In this document: piece after piece, positions 29,053-39,771 of the stretch
Layout of the letters: each line of letters begins with the position of its first letter
Position numbering within the stretch: position 1 is the first letter of the stretch
Assembly: GCA_963749495.1 (NCBI GenBank)
Contig: CAVVMW010000014.1
Coordinates: 597,317-661,316, forward strand
Direction of reading: 5' to 3'
DNA from: an uncultured bacterium
Lineage (GTDB): Bacteria > Verrucomicrobiota > Verrucomicrobiia > Limisphaerales > UBA8199
DNA length: 64,000 nucleotides
Notes under the pieces: generated by a model
What the model saw: only the letters and a program-made list of their open reading frames with translations
Told to the model about the DNA's origin: nothing
Database searches by the model: none
Program-made: the position numbers and the translations under genes

Positions 29053-32000
29053 ATGAAGCCGATTCCCTGCCTCCTGGCCGTTGCCTTGGGCGCCGCATTG
29101 ATGTGGCTTCCCACCGGGTGCCGGCCCAAGCCGCAAACCGCCGGTCCCTCGGGCGCCGTCATTGAAGCCATGAATCGCGGCGTCAGCTTGATGGGGCAAT
29201 ATGAGTACGCCGCCGCCGTCAAGGCCTTCGAGGAAGCGGTGAAGGCCGAACCGGCGCTGGCGGACGCGAAGGTCAACCTGGCCATTGCCCGTTTCAACCG
29301 CGCCCGTAAAGAAGACCGTGACATCGATGCGGCTGGCGCACTGTTGGACGACGTGCTCAAAGGCGACCCCAACAACATCCGCGCCCGTTATTTCAAAGGC
29401 ATCGTGCTCCAGCACATTGGCCAAGCCGAGGCGGCTGTGTCCTGCTTCGCAAAAGTCGTGCAGCAGCGGCCGGAGGACGGCGTCGCCTGGTATCTGTTGG
29501 GCCTGTGCAAGCAGCGGCTGGGACAGCCATGCGAACCCGAGTTGCTCAAGGCGATCGCATTGAGGCCCTATCTGGGCAGCGCCTATTACAAGCTGTGGCA
29601 GGTGTTGGCGGCCCAAGGCCAAACCGAGAAGGGCAAGCCTTACCTCAAGAAGTTCCAGCAACTCCGCGACAGCCCGCTCAATGAAATCATCGAGATGCCG
29701 CAATACAATCAAATGGGTGACTTGGCTCTGGTGCGCCCGGTGCCGCCGCGGAACACGCCGCCTATTACCCAGGCCGCTTACACCGTCCAATGGACCGAAC
29801 GAGTGTTCGAGGTGAACGAACGGCTGCTCTATGGAGTCCGCCCGGCATCGTCCAGCACGATAAGCCCCCTGCAACCCTATGCGTTTGGCGGGGCTGCCGT
29901 GGCGGATCTCAACCACGATGGCTTGCCCGATATGATATTGACTTCGCAGGGCGACGACGGGCTAGGAAGGCTCATCCTGCTGCGGGGCCAGCCCGAACGG
30001 TGGATTCGTGGATGCCACCGCCGGCTCCGGTTTGGAACAGGTGAAGGGCGCATTGGCTTGTGCGTTGGGCGACTTCGACAACGATGAAAGGGTTGACCTT
30101 TTCGTGGTGTGTACGGCGGGCAACCGTCTCTTCCGAGGCAAAGGCGACGGCACGTTTGTCAATGTCACCAGGCAAACTGGCATTGGCGGTCAGGCGGGCG
30201 GCGGCCGTTCCGCGCTCTTTCTCGACGCGGACCACGATGGCGACCTGGACATTTTTGTATGTAGTGCGGGTCCCGGCGGCAACCAGCTGTGGAACAACAA
30301 CGGTGACGGCACATTCACGAACATCGCCGCTTCGGCGGGAGTTGCCTGCCAGGGGAGCGTCTGTGTCATGGCCCTGGCCGGCGATCTGGACGGAGACCGG
30401 GATACGGACCTGGTCATCTTGCGCGAAGGCCAGCCCGCAAGAGTCTTTCTCAACGATCTGGGGGGCAAATACCATGAAGCCGATTTAGGGGGCGTCGATA
30501 TCCGCGGCGACCTGGGCGGGGTGCTCCAGGACTTCAACGGGGACGGGAATCTGGATCTGCTGGTTTTGGGTGGAAATCCGGCCAGGCTTCGGCTGTTCCT
30601 CGGCGATGGGCATGGGCATTTCCGGCCCGACACCGCCTTCGCGCAGACCGCCGACGCCGCCGTTTCGTGGGGGCCGCTTCGCGGGTTCCGGGTTGCCGAC
30701 ATCGATTTGGATGGCGACCTCGACATCGTGGTCTTCTCCGCAGATGCACACCTGTTGCTCAACGATGGCGCTGGCCGGTTTGTGTTGGAGCCGCGGTTTT
30801 GGAAGACACAGCGTTCCCACGAACTGGCAGGCGCTGAAGTGCTCGATCTCAACGGCGATTTTGTCCCGGACCTGTTGTGCATCGAGCGCGGGGCGAACAG
30901 CCAGGTGCTGCTCCTGTCCGGCACGCTGACGCCCCCCTCCACAGCGTTGTTGATCGAGCCGACCGGCGTGAGAAGCCGCGACAAACGCACCCGCAGCCCG
31001 GCTACCGGGTATGGTGTTGCTCTGACGATCCGTGCGGGATTGCAGGAGCAATTCCGAGTCTTTTCCGGCCAGGGTGGCGGGTTCGATCAATCGCCGCTGC
31101 CGGTCGTCTTTGGTTTGGGGGGCAGACGACAGGCCGACTACCTGCGTTTCCTGTGGCCGGACGGGGTGGCCCAGGTGGAGATCGCGATGACTGCCGGCCA
31201 GCACCACAAGATTGCCGAACTGCAACGCAAACTCTCAAGTTGTCCGGTGCTGTTTGCGTGGAATGGGAGCCGGTTTGAATTCGTTACTGATTTCGCCGGT
31301 GTGGGCGGCCTCGGGTACTTCGTTGCCCCAGGTGAATACGCGCAGCCGCAGGTTCTGGAACATGTGAAGATCGAACCTGAACAACTGCGCGTGCGCGACG
31401 GCGCTTATGAGCTGCGCATCACAGAACCGATGGAAGAGGTTGCTTACATTGACCAACTCGAACTCTTGGCAATCGAGCATCCCGCCGGCTGGCGGGTCTT
31501 CCCGGACGAACGCCTGGTCGTTACGGGACCGCCGCCCACGCACGAGTTGCTCGTGGTGGACAAACCGATCTTCCCCAAGCTCGCCTTGGACCCGGAAGGC
31601 TGCGATTGCACCGAGCAGCTTGCGCGTGTGGACCGCATTTACGCCTACCAACCCGAATTGGACCGGCGGTTCTTTGGGTTTTGCCGGCCTCACACGCTGG
31701 AGCTGGATTTCGGCGGCCAGTTGGCAAATATCGGCGCAAAGGAGCGGCTTTTTCTCTTCATCAACGGTTACCTGGAATATCCCTATTCACAGACGGCTTA
31801 TGCCGCAAGCCAGGCGGGTGTCGGCTGGGAACCGATCCGCATCGAGCGACAAACCCCCGAGGGCCGCTGGCAGACCGTGGTGGCTGATGCCGGCGCATTG
31901 GGTGGCATGGCCCGCACGATGACTGTGGACCTGACCGGCCTGCTGGCTGGCCCCAGTTGCCGGCTGCGGCTCACGTCGAACCTGGAGATTTATTACGATC

Positions 32001-32503
32001 AGATTTTCCTGGGGCGGGACGCGGGGCGCGACCAAGTACAGATTCATGCCTTGCCATTGGCCGAAGCCGAGTTGCGTCGCCTCGGCTTCGCACGGGAGTT
32101 TTCGCCCGATGGACGGTCGCCGCTCCTTTACGACTATGACTTGCGCGATGCCACCGCTCCATTCCACCGCATGCGCGGCGCTTACACCCGCTACGGCCCC
32201 GTGCGCGAACTCCTCGAGGCCTTGGACGACCAGTACGTGGTGGTCGGCCCGGGGGACGAAGTCGCGGTGAAATTCGATGCCTCAAGACTGCCGGGACCGG
32301 CGGCGGGAATGGCGCGGAGCTTTCTGCTCGTGTCCCACGCCTATTGCAAGGACATGGACCTCTACACTGCCACGCCGGAGACGCTGGAGCCCCTGCCGTT
32401 CCGCGGAATGAGCCGCTACCCGTATCCGCCGACGGAGCACTATCCTGACGACGAGCAGCACCGGCGATACCGCCAAGCCTACAACACCCGCGTGATCGAG
32501 TAA
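29053..32503 (+). CDS. Lipoprotein with TPR + FG-GAP + ASPIC-UnbV and C-terminal extension; frameshift near 29995
   Basis: Lipobox-like LPTGC, TPR helices, DLNHDG; continues in the 30008 frame with FG-GAP repeats, FGLG..WPDG, SSCPVLFAWNG. Confidence 0.8.
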
Positions 32504-32515
32504 CCGCGACTTTAT

Positions 32516-33517
32516 ATGAGGTACGCCGTTGTCGCTTGTCAGACTGATTTTCCGTGTCCCGCCGACCGAAAAGAGATCCACAGCCGGGTGGACCGCATGC
32601 TGGAGATGATTGACGGTGCCGTTGTTGGCTACCGGCCCTTCTTTCCGGTTCGTCTGGTGGTCTTCCCGGAATTTGCGCACGCAGCGCCGATTTACCCCAC
32701 CGTGCGCGAGCTTCGCGAGAAACTCGCCCTGCCGTTGCCAAACGAACACATCGAGCGATACCTGGCCAAGGCTCGCGAGCACCACATTTACATCCAGACA
32801 GGCAGCTTCATTGAATTCGATCCCGCCTGGCCGGGCGTGCTGTTCAACGCCACATGCCTGGTTGGTCCGGAGGGCCTGCTCTACAAATATCGCAAGGTGA
32901 ACCCGTGGATTCCGTGGGAGGTTCACGCCAGCCCGCACGACGTCCCCGGTTATGCCGAGGAGGTGTTCCCTGTTGCCCGCACCGAAATCGGTAATCTCGG
33001 CTGTGCTATTTGCTATGACTGGCTATTTCCTGAGGCAATCCGTCAGCTCGCCTTTGGTGGTGCTGAGATCCTCATCCGCGTCTCGGCTTACATGGACCCC
33101 TGGGGGGCAACACCACCCATGGATTGGTGGACCGTGGTCAACCGCTGTCGTGCACTCGAAAACATGGCCTATGTTGTGGCGGCCAACCAGGGTGCCAGCC
33201 TCCAAAACTACGGCCCGTTTTCCTGGCCTGGCGGCAGCATGGTGGTGGACTATGACGGACGTATCCTGGCCCAAGCGGAGCCGGGCCCCGGGGAGAAGAT
33301 CGTCGCAGCGGAAATCGATTTGGACGCCTTGCGCGCGGCCCGCGGACAACGGCTTGGCCACAACCCCCTGGCGCACCTGCGCCGGGAAGCGTATGGGACC
33401 CAAGCGCCTCAGGGGTATCCCGCCGCCAGTTTCATCTCGGCGAAGGACCCGCACGGCAATCGAACCCTGGAGGAAAATGAAGCCGCCATCCGAACAGCGC
33501 TGAAGAACAAAGGCTGA
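32516..33517 (+). CDS. Nitrilase-superfamily carbon-nitrogen hydrolase (amidase-like)
   Basis: Intact E-K-C triad: VVFPEF, YKYRKVNP, AICYDWLFPE. Confidence 0.9.
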   Translation: MRYAVVACQTDFPCPADRKEIHSRVDRMLEMIDGAVVGYRPFFPVRLVVFPEFAHAAPIYPTVRELREKLALPLPNEHIERYLAKAREHHIYIQTGSFIEFDPAWPGVLFNATCLVGPEGLLYKYRKVNPWIPWEVHASPHDVPGYAEEVFPVARTEIGNLGCAICYDWLFPEAIRQLAFGGAEILIRVSAYMDPWGATPPMDWWTVVNRCRALENMAYVVAANQGASLQNYGPFSWPGGSMVVDYDGRILAQAEPGPGEKIVAAEIDLDALRAARGQRLGHNPLAHLRREAYGTQAPQGYPAASFISAKDPHGNRTLEENEAAIRTALKNKG

Positions 33518-33519
33518 AT

Positions 33520-34110
33520 TCAAAACTCCAGCGGCACGCGCACGACAATGGCGCCCATCACATCGTTGAGCTTGAAGTCGCGCCGGGGACTGCGCGAGTG
33601 CTGGTTGTGACATTCCGCGCAGGAAGGCAGCGTAGCCCGGTCCGCATAGACGGCGGTGAAATAGCTTCTTCCACCCAGGAGCTCTTCCGTGTAGTAATTC
33701 TCACCGGGATGCCCGGCAACGTATTCGAGCCCGGTTTGTTCCGCCTGCGTTTGGGGACCGTAGTTTTCGTTGATGGGCCACAACGAGCGCAGCGTATAGG
33801 AGAACTCCGCGCCACCCTTTTGGATGTCCTGTCCCGCTCTGTGGAGCATCTGGGCAGGCACTGGCAAACCGTGCGCTTCGCGCCAGTTCTCCGTTGCCGG
33901 CAGTCGATGTTCCTCCGCATAAAGCCGTTGAACAATCAACTCCGCGTACGCCTTGCGGTCGGCGGCAATGACCGCATGAAGCGAGTCTGCCATTTTGCGC
34001 GGGCTGATCGTCGTCAGCTTGTGCGATTTCTCTTCCAAACCGCCCCAAACCAGCAGCGCCCCTAGAATGGCGCTTCCACAAATGACCGCCGTCAAAAGTC
34101 TTCCGTTCAT
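33520..34110 (-). CDS. DUF3365 / Tll0287-like monoheme c protein
   Basis: N-terminal anchor; LPVPAQM, SLWPIN, CAECH, DFKLNDVMGAI. Confidence 0.85.
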   Translation of the reverse strand: MNGRLLTAVICGSAILGALLVWGGLEEKSHKLTTISPRKMADSLHAVIAADRKAYAELIVQRLYAEEHRLPATENWREAHGLPVPAQMLHRAGQDIQKGGAEFSYTLRSLWPINENYGPQTQAEQTGLEYVAGHPGENYYTEELLGGRSYFTAVYADRATLPSCAECHNQHSRSPRRDFKLNDVMGAIVVRVPLEF

Positions 34111-35822
34111 GGCTTTGGTTCCCGGATTTTCAGGATTTGGTCGGATGCAATATTGCTTAAAACCTGGACACATCCGCTGGGCCAGCGGATTTCGAGGCGA
34201 TCAACCTTCTGACGCGGCCCGAGACCGAAATGCGGGCGCGGATCCCCCTGTGACAGAAAGCCGGTGGGGCAAAGGGCTTCTCCGCGCAACGTGAGATCTC
34301 CGGCAGTCAACGTGATGAGCGCGCCATAGCCGCTGCGATTGCTGCGCGTGCCCTCAAGCCGCAGCTTCAGCCAGTGGTTTTTCAAGGGACAGCGATTCCT
34401 GAGCAGGAATGGCCGGTCTGCAAGCGCGGTCAGCAAGACATCAAGCCGGCCATCGTTATCGTAATCCAATACGGCGTTGCCACGACCGTTGATCCGATGC
34501 TGGAAGAAGGCCCCGCCCTTGGCGGACGCATCGGTGAACTTGCAGTTGCCCTGGTTTTCTAGCAGGAGACTAAAATCACCTTCCAGGTTGAAGGCGTCCC
34601 CATTGGCGATGAAGAGGTCTTGGTCGCCGTCGTTGTCGAAATCCAGGAAGGCCCCGCCCCAACCGACATGCGTCTGCGTCAGGCGCCCAAGCCCGGAAGC
34701 CCACATGCGATCATCGTACGATCCCTGTTCGTTGCGGACATAGAGCGAACCATAACCGAAGCGGGTGACGAACATGTCAGGCAGCCCGTCGCCGTTGACG
34801 TCGCCGACAGCGGCGTTCATGGAACCCGGCGCCTCCCCGATGGAGTTGAACGCTACGCCCACTTCCATGGCGACATCGCGGAAATGCCCTTTTCCGTCAT
34901 TGAGCCAGAGGGTGTTCGGAGTGTCGTCGTTGCAAACATAAAGGTCGACATACCCATCACGGTTGCAGTCGAAGGCGCAGACGGACATCGCACGGTGGCC
35001 GGGCGCGTAGAGACCTGCTTCACGGGTTACATCCTTGAACGTCCCGTTGCCAAGGTTGCGGTAGAGGACGTTGGCCTCTCCCTTGTAAGCCAAAGGCCCG
35101 GGATAAGCGCCGGGATTTTGCTCCGATTCCTTCTCGGGAACAAAAGTGAGGTAATTTCCCACGTACAAGTCAAGCCAGCCGTCGTTGTCGTAGTCGAGGA
35201 ACACCGCGGAGATGCCCGTCCCGGTATGGCCCAGGCCAGCTTTCTCGGTGACGTCCTCGAACGTGCCGTCGCCCCGGTTGCGGTAAAGAATATTGTGCCC
35301 GATGTTGGCAACGAAGAGATCGGTGTAGCCGTCATTGTCGAAATCACCTGCCGTGGCCGCGCTGGCAAAGCCGCTGCCTTCGAGCCCCGCCTTGCGGGTG
35401 ACGTCCTCGAAGGTGCCGTCACCGCGGTTTCGATACAGGCGGTTGGGTTGCCGTTTCGTGCCAGGGGATGCCGCGGTGACGCCCTCCAAGGGCCCCCAAT
35501 TGAGGAAATAGATGTCCATGAAGCCGTCATTGTCGAAATCGAAGACCACGGCTCCCGAGCCGTTCGACAAGAGAATATTGGCGATTCGCTGATGGCAAAA
35601 CTGGTGCACAAAATCGATACCCGCCTTCTGCGTGACATCTTCGAACCAGTCGTTCGGGTTGGCGGCGATGGGGGGAGTCGGGCGCCGCGATGGACCCTGG
35701 GCCGCTGCTGTGGGCGTGGCTGCGCCTGAGGCTTTGGCATTGGGTGGCAGCGCAAACCCGGCAAGGAGCAAGACTGTGCTGGCGGTGAGCATTCGCAAAT
35801 TGGCGAGGTGGGTGCTTCGCAT
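34107..35822 (-). CDS. CRTAC1-like FG-GAP / ASPIC-UnbV protein
   Basis: FEDVTQKAGIDF, DFDNDG repeats, HFGLG..EIRWPSG; ATGA overlap with the DUF3365 gene. Confidence 0.9.
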   Translation of the reverse strand: MRSTHLANLRMLTASTVLLLAGFALPPNAKASGAATPTAAAQGPSRRPTPPIAANPNDWFEDVTQKAGIDFVHQFCHQRIANILLSNGSGAVVFDFDNDGFMDIYFLNWGPLEGVTAASPGTKRQPNRLYRNRGDGTFEDVTRKAGLEGSGFASAATAGDFDNDGYTDLFVANIGHNILYRNRGDGTFEDVTEKAGLGHTGTGISAVFLDYDNDGWLDLYVGNYLTFVPEKESEQNPGAYPGPLAYKGEANVLYRNLGNGTFKDVTREAGLYAPGHRAMSVCAFDCNRDGYVDLYVCNDDTPNTLWLNDGKGHFRDVAMEVGVAFNSIGEAPGSMNAAVGDVNGDGLPDMFVTRFGYGSLYVRNEQGSYDDRMWASGLGRLTQTHVGWGGAFLDFDNDGDQDLFIANGDAFNLEGDFSLLLENQGNCKFTDASAKGGAFFQHRINGRGNAVLDYDNDGRLDVLLTALADRPFLLRNRCPLKNHWLKLRLEGTRSNRSGYGALITLTAGDLTLRGEALCPTGFLSQGDPRPHFGLGPRQKVDRLEIRWPSGCVQVLSNIASDQILKIREPKP

Positions 35823-35860
35823 GAGTGAGCCTGGAGCTTTAGCAGATTTGGCAGCCCGAG

Positions 35861-37535
35861 TTACGGTTCCTGTACCCGCAGAATCCGGTCCGCCGCAACA
35901 TTGGTGAGCACCTGCGTCTGGCCACTCGGTTTGGGCCAGCGAATTTCGATGCGGTCCACTTTTGATTCCTGACCCAGCCCAAAATGGAGTCTTGGGTCCT
36001 GCTGGAAAACATAGCTGGTCGGACACCGCGCTTCGGCTTGGAACACGCGGTTGCCTGCTCTTACCTTCACCTGCGCGCCAAAACCGTCCCGGTTGCAGCG
36101 CGTGCCAACGAGCTTCAACGTCAGCCAATGGTTCGAATATGTGGCCCGGTTGTGCAGGAGCACTGCGCGGCCACCCAAGCTCGTCAGAAGGAGGTCCATC
36201 CGCCCATCGTTATCCATATCGAATACGCCGCAGCCGCGCAAATTCGCTTCCCGCTTGAAAAACGGCCCGCCCTTCTCCCCGGCGTCCACAAAAGTCCCGT
36301 TTCCCTGGTTCTGGAGCAGCAGGCTGGGCATACCCTTCAGGGAGTGCGGATCGCCATTTGCGATAAATACATCCAGATACCCATCGTTGTCGAAATCAAT
36401 GAAGTTCCCGCCCCAACCGACGTACTTCGAGGACGCGTTCAGGATTCCCGATGCCGCGATCCGATCCTCAAAAAGGCCTTTGCTGGAGTTGATGTAAAGG
36501 GATGCGTTGCCAAATCGCGTTACCAGCATGTCTGGGAGTCCGTCACCGTTGCAGTCGCCAACCGAGGCCCCCATTGATCCGCTAGCCATACCAGACTGAT
36601 CGAACCCGACGCCGCATTGAATGGCCACGTCTTTGAAATGTCCCTTGCCATCATTGGCCAGCAGCAGGTTGGGCGTGCCGTCATTTGACACGTAAAGGTC
36701 CTGGTTGCCGTCCAGATCGTAATCAAAAGCCGTTACCGACATGGCTCGGTGGCCGGGGATGCGTATCCCCGTCCGTTCGCTCACGTCCTCGAACGTGCCG
36801 TCGCCGCGATTGCGATAGAGAATATTGAATTCCGGTTCATACGAAAGCGGCCCGGGATAAGGGACTTGCGAACCTGGCGGCAGCTTGACCGCCGGGTCGT
36901 ACACCAGGTAATTCGCCACGAAAATATCCAGGTATCCGTCGCCGTCGTAATCCAGGAACGTCGCCGAAATGGCGGCATGTTTGGAGGTGAGCCCTGCCTT
37001 GGCGGTCACGTCCTTGAACGTGCCGTCGCCTTCGTTGTGGTAAAGAATCAGACTGCCAAAGTTCACAACCAGGAGGTCGGTGTGCCCGTCGTTGTCGTAG
37101 TCGGCCGCCGCGGCGGTTGTGCCAAAGCCCGAACCTTCCACGCCCGCGCGCTTGGTCACGTCCTCAAACGTGCCGTCGCCCCGGTTGCGATACAGCCGGT
37201 TTGGCCAGCGCGGAGTCCCCGGCGGCGCCTCGGCGAGCACCGGCGCCGGGCCGGAGTTCACCAGATAAATGTCCATGAACCCGTCACCATCGAAGTCGAG
37301 GAATGTGCCTCCTGCGCCATCGGATTTCATGATGTTATCGATCTTATTATTCACAAGCTGGTGGACGAAATCCACACCCGACTGCTGGGTGATTTCCTCA
37401 AAAACGGCTTGCGTTGGTTTGCCTCCAGTCGCCGAACGATCATGCTCGCTCGGCTGCTCCGGCCCCTTACCGCAGCCGGAGAGCAGAGCTAATCCCACCC
37501 CCGCGCTCAAGATACCGCGAATGAGCGGCCAGATC
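35861..37535 (-). CDS. CRTAC1-like FG-GAP / ASPIC-UnbV lipoprotein; native start replaced by an in-frame PAS remnant
   Basis: Lipobox LLSGC, FG-GAP repeats, HFGLG..EIRWP. Confidence 0.8.
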
Positions 37536-37732
37536 GTGGAGAGCGTTTGCTTCAGGGCACAGGCATTCTCACAGATGCTGGCGCGAAACGCCGCGCAGCA
37601 GGGGCGGTCGGCCGCGGCGGCGCGCTTGCCCCTGGTGATCTGCCCGGTGGCACCGTTGAAAAAGGTCACCCGCCAGTCGGCGTCCACAGTGAACATCCCA
37701 TCCGGGACAGAATCCAGCAGATTGTCCAGCAT
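37536..37732 (-). pseudogene. Degenerate copy of the sigma54 activator PAS domain (16045-16241)
   Basis: MLDNLLDSVPDGMFTVDADWRVTFFN...CCAAFRASICENACALKQTLST vs MLDNLLDYVPDGVFTVDAEWRVTFFN...CCDVFRASICENACALKQTLST. Confidence 0.85.
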
Positions 37733-37924
37733 TCCCGAGAGTCTATGCCGTTCCCCAATTGTGCGCCAGCCACAATGACGTGCTGGCAACCGCATGGTCC
37801 GGCCCGCGAGGGAGTCGGATCTCCCCCCCGTGATGAACCGGAGCGTTGCAAATCGCCACACTTGGTCGGACCCGCAGCGGCATTCCGGCCCTGCTCTGGG
37901 CAGGATCGTCAAGCCTCAGCCCGC

Positions 37925-37940
37925 TGGCACAGCGATTGCT
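37925..37940 (+). promoter_or_regulatory. Sigma54 promoter TGGCAC-AGCGA-TTGCT, with UAS-like TTGCAAATCGCCA at 37846-37858
   Basis: Consensus -24/-12 element 20 bp upstream of the ATG at 37961. Confidence 0.8.
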
Positions 37941-37960
37941 TGTCCTCCTGTGAACTGAAA

Positions 37961-38386
37961 ATGCGCACTGGCCAGACCCAACTCAAAACCCTGCAAGCCC
38001 AGGCCCATCCTTTCTGCCTGGTTTGCAGTGGATCCAACCCCTATGGTTTGGCACTGGAATTCGAGGTCAACGAGGATGGCAGCGTCACCACGTCATTTCT
38101 CGCAAACCCGGCCCTGGAAGGCTATCGGGGACTGCTGCACGGAGGGATGATCGCCTCGCTCTTGGATGGAGCCATGACCAACTGCTTGTTCGCTCACGGT
38201 CTGTTGGCGGTCACTGCGGAATTAAAAGTGCGTTATCACGGGCCCGTCCTAATCGGATGCGAGATGGCCGTCCGTGCCTGGATAGAAGAACGGCATGCGC
38301 CGCTCTACCTCATGCGGGCTGAGTTGAATCAGAACGGTCGCGTCAAAGCCACCGCCTCCGGCAAATTCGTGGAACAGCATGCCTGA
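37961..38386 (+). CDS. PaaI/hotdog-fold thioesterase
   Basis: CLVCSGSNPYGL, GYRGLLHGGMIASLLDGAM, TAELKVRY. Confidence 0.85.
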   Translation: MRTGQTQLKTLQAQAHPFCLVCSGSNPYGLALEFEVNEDGSVTTSFLANPALEGYRGLLHGGMIASLLDGAMTNCLFAHGLLAVTAELKVRYHGPVLIGCEMAVRAWIEERHAPLYLMRAELNQNGRVKATASGKFVEQHA

Positions 38387-39036
38387 GACTGTTGCCATCG
38401 GGTGAACATCAGCGCCGGATGCCAACTCGACACGGCCTTGGCCGGGAGCTGTCCTTCGGGCAGGCCCTCCATCCGACAATTCTGCCCGCGGGCAATCGCA
38501 CCGGATTGGCACGCGCGAGAGCGGCCTCATTGTGCCAACCCCCTGCGCCTTCGAGATGCACCGTGGTCGTCTGGCGCGGCGCAATGACTGCCGGTACGGT
38601 CTGTGAGATCAAAATCTGGGCCGGGTATCCTGCGCGGGGGTCCTGCGGGAAACTGTTGGCATCGTGAGGTTGTTCTGTTGCGAAATGACGGCCAGCCACG
38701 TGCGCTGAGGGCCGCGCGCCTTGACGCTCGCACCGAAGCTCACCCCAGCCCGATGATGGAACGCCGCATTATCGTCCTCGACGTTTCGGGCTGCCAGCGC
38801 CAGCTCTTCTCGCCAAACGACGATTTTGGCATCACCACGCGGCGCGCTCCGCTTTTCTTCGTGGACATGCACCTGCACACGGGCGAACTCCTGCAAGTGC
38901 ATGACCTGGCCGCCCGAAGCGGCTGGGGCATGGTGCCAGCGCCCATGTTCCAGGTTCGGCGTGAATCCAGGCCCTCGGCGCAGGCAGCGGTGTGTTTTTG
39001 GTTGCCGGTAATCTCGGTCGGTGGCACTATAGCCGT

Positions 39037-39105
39037 GGCAATGGAGTTTGCCTTCTCGCGCCGCGAGAGAACCGCCTGATCGGTTTCAGTGCTGATAACT
39101 CCTAC
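39037..39105 (+). ncRNA. Fluoride riboswitch (crcB motif)
   Basis: GGCAATGGAGTTTGCC...AACCGC...GCTGATAACTCCTAC directly upstream of crcB. Confidence 0.9.
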
Positions 39106-39136
39106 CGCCGCCAGGTTTGTTGGCGGGGTTGGAATT

Positions 39137-39400
39137 ATGTGGAATGCACTGTGGGTTTTTATCAGCGGTGGTTTGGCCAGCCTGGCCCGGTTGGGGGCCG
39201 CCGGCGGGGTTGCCAATACTGTTGGCCCAAGCTTTCCCTGGCGCACGCTTATCGTCCATGTCAGCGGCTCGTTCTTCATCGGCCTGTTTGCCAGAGTGAC
39301 CGGGCCTGAGGGCCGCTGGCTGGCGTCCGCTTCGTTCCGCCCGTTCTTCATGCCAGGGCACGTGCTGGCCCGGGAGATCAACTCGGTGAAAGGACCATGA
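39137..39400 (+). pseudogene. crcB: Fluc/CrcB fluoride channel with an internal deletion
   Basis: GGLASLAR, FPWRTLIVHVSGSFFIG present; GGxTTFS helix and last TM absent. Confidence 0.75.
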
Positions 39401-39759
39401 ATATGCATCTTCCCCACGAAGCGATGTTGCCAAGGGTATTTATCGGGGAATCCGACCGGTGGAAACATCAGCCGCTCTACGAGGCCATCGTCATGAGGGC
39501 GCGGGAGTTGCACCTGGCCGGGGCGACGGGGCTGCGAGGACCGATGGGTTACGGGAAATCGAGCAGCCTGCATACCGCCAAGATTCTCCGGCTTTCCATG
39601 GACCTGCCGCTGGTCATCGAGATCGTGGACATGGAGGAGAAAATCCAGGGTTTTCTGCCGGTGCTGGATGAGATGATGAAGGGCGGGTTGGTCACGCTGG
39701 AAAGGGTGCGGGTGATTGATTACCGCGCGGCCCCTGATGTAGAGGCGCCGGAGATTTGA
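39397..39759 (+). CDS. DUF190 PII-like protein
   Basis: RVFIGESDRWKHQPLYEAIV..AGAT..RGPMGYG..LSMDLPLVIEIVD. Confidence 0.9.
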   Translation: MNMHLPHEAMLPRVFIGESDRWKHQPLYEAIVMRARELHLAGATGLRGPMGYGKSSSLHTAKILRLSMDLPLVIEIVDMEEKIQGFLPVLDEMMKGGLVTLERVRVIDYRAAPDVEAPEI

Positions 39760-39771
39760 ACCGGGTTGTCT

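Noticed and set aside
38387..39030. ORFs between the thioesterase and the first riboswitch
   Set aside because: No recognisable family or consistent frame; probably decayed sequence
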